Positions 48,613 to 48,759 of a stretch of 48,759 bases of DNA are shown piece after piece. The first letter of the stretch is position 1, and the number at the start of each line of letters is the position of its first letter. The stretch is from sequence record SRR31156797_15306. One strand, given 5' to 3'. Under the pieces are notes generated by a model. That model did not search any database and was not told the DNA's origin. It saw only the letters and a program-made list of their open reading frames with translations. The position numbers were made by a program, and so were the translations under genes.

Positions 48613-48759
48613 CCCCCTCTAGCGCAAGCGTCCGTTTGTGCTGGATTTGAACAAGAAAGTAAAAGAACACAAACGCTATAAAAGAGACTGCCGTAAGGTG
48701 GCCTCTTTCTTTTTGCCAGCGCGGACCTCACTAACTCTTCCCGATTTTTTCGGGACAGG
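48613..48759 (+). repeat. REP-terminator-REP module, copy C (runs off window)
   Basis: CCCCCTCTAGCGCAAGCGTCCGTTTGTGCTGG, ACAAACGCTATAAAAGAGACTGCCGTAAGGTGGCCTCTTTCTTTTTG, ACCTCACTAACTCT followed by TCCCGA..TCGGGACAGG. Confidence 0.75.

Overview
AT-rich chromosomal segment of a Bacteroidota bacterium, most likely Bacteroidales/Marinilabiliales-like. This rests on TAnnTTTG promoter boxes, T9SS C-terminal domains and gene content; the very acidic secreted proteins hint at a saline habitat (inference). Positions 1-30424 are mostly housekeeping genes: rplM-rpsI-rpsB', alanine dehydrogenase-like, ispD, TPR-AraC plus a T9SS adhesin, DUF1848/USP, lepA, two Wzi/RemB-like barrels, ubiX, Crp/Fnr, a caspase-family lipoprotein, sufBCDSE-sufT, corA and thyA-folA. 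Positions 30543-48759 are accessory. They contain a 1817-aa T9SS surface protein, a ~700-bp mosaic of different palindromic REP-like elements, and a tightly linked three-gene secreted cassette: a tail-fibre/S74-like protein, a mini YD+T9SS-CTD protein, and a 2117-aa signal-peptide TcB-TcC-like Rhs protein with a glycine-zipper C-terminus and no adjacent immunity gene. After that come a frameshifted IS982 element with a 7-bp target duplication, an internally deleted IS110 remnant and a lipoprotein. A REP-terminator-REP module occurs three times in this accessory part. The best candidate for an undescribed system is the three-gene cassette, a possible T9SS-piggybacked Rhs toxin with a fibre-like partner. 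All family assignments come from motif recognition by eye; no database searches were run.
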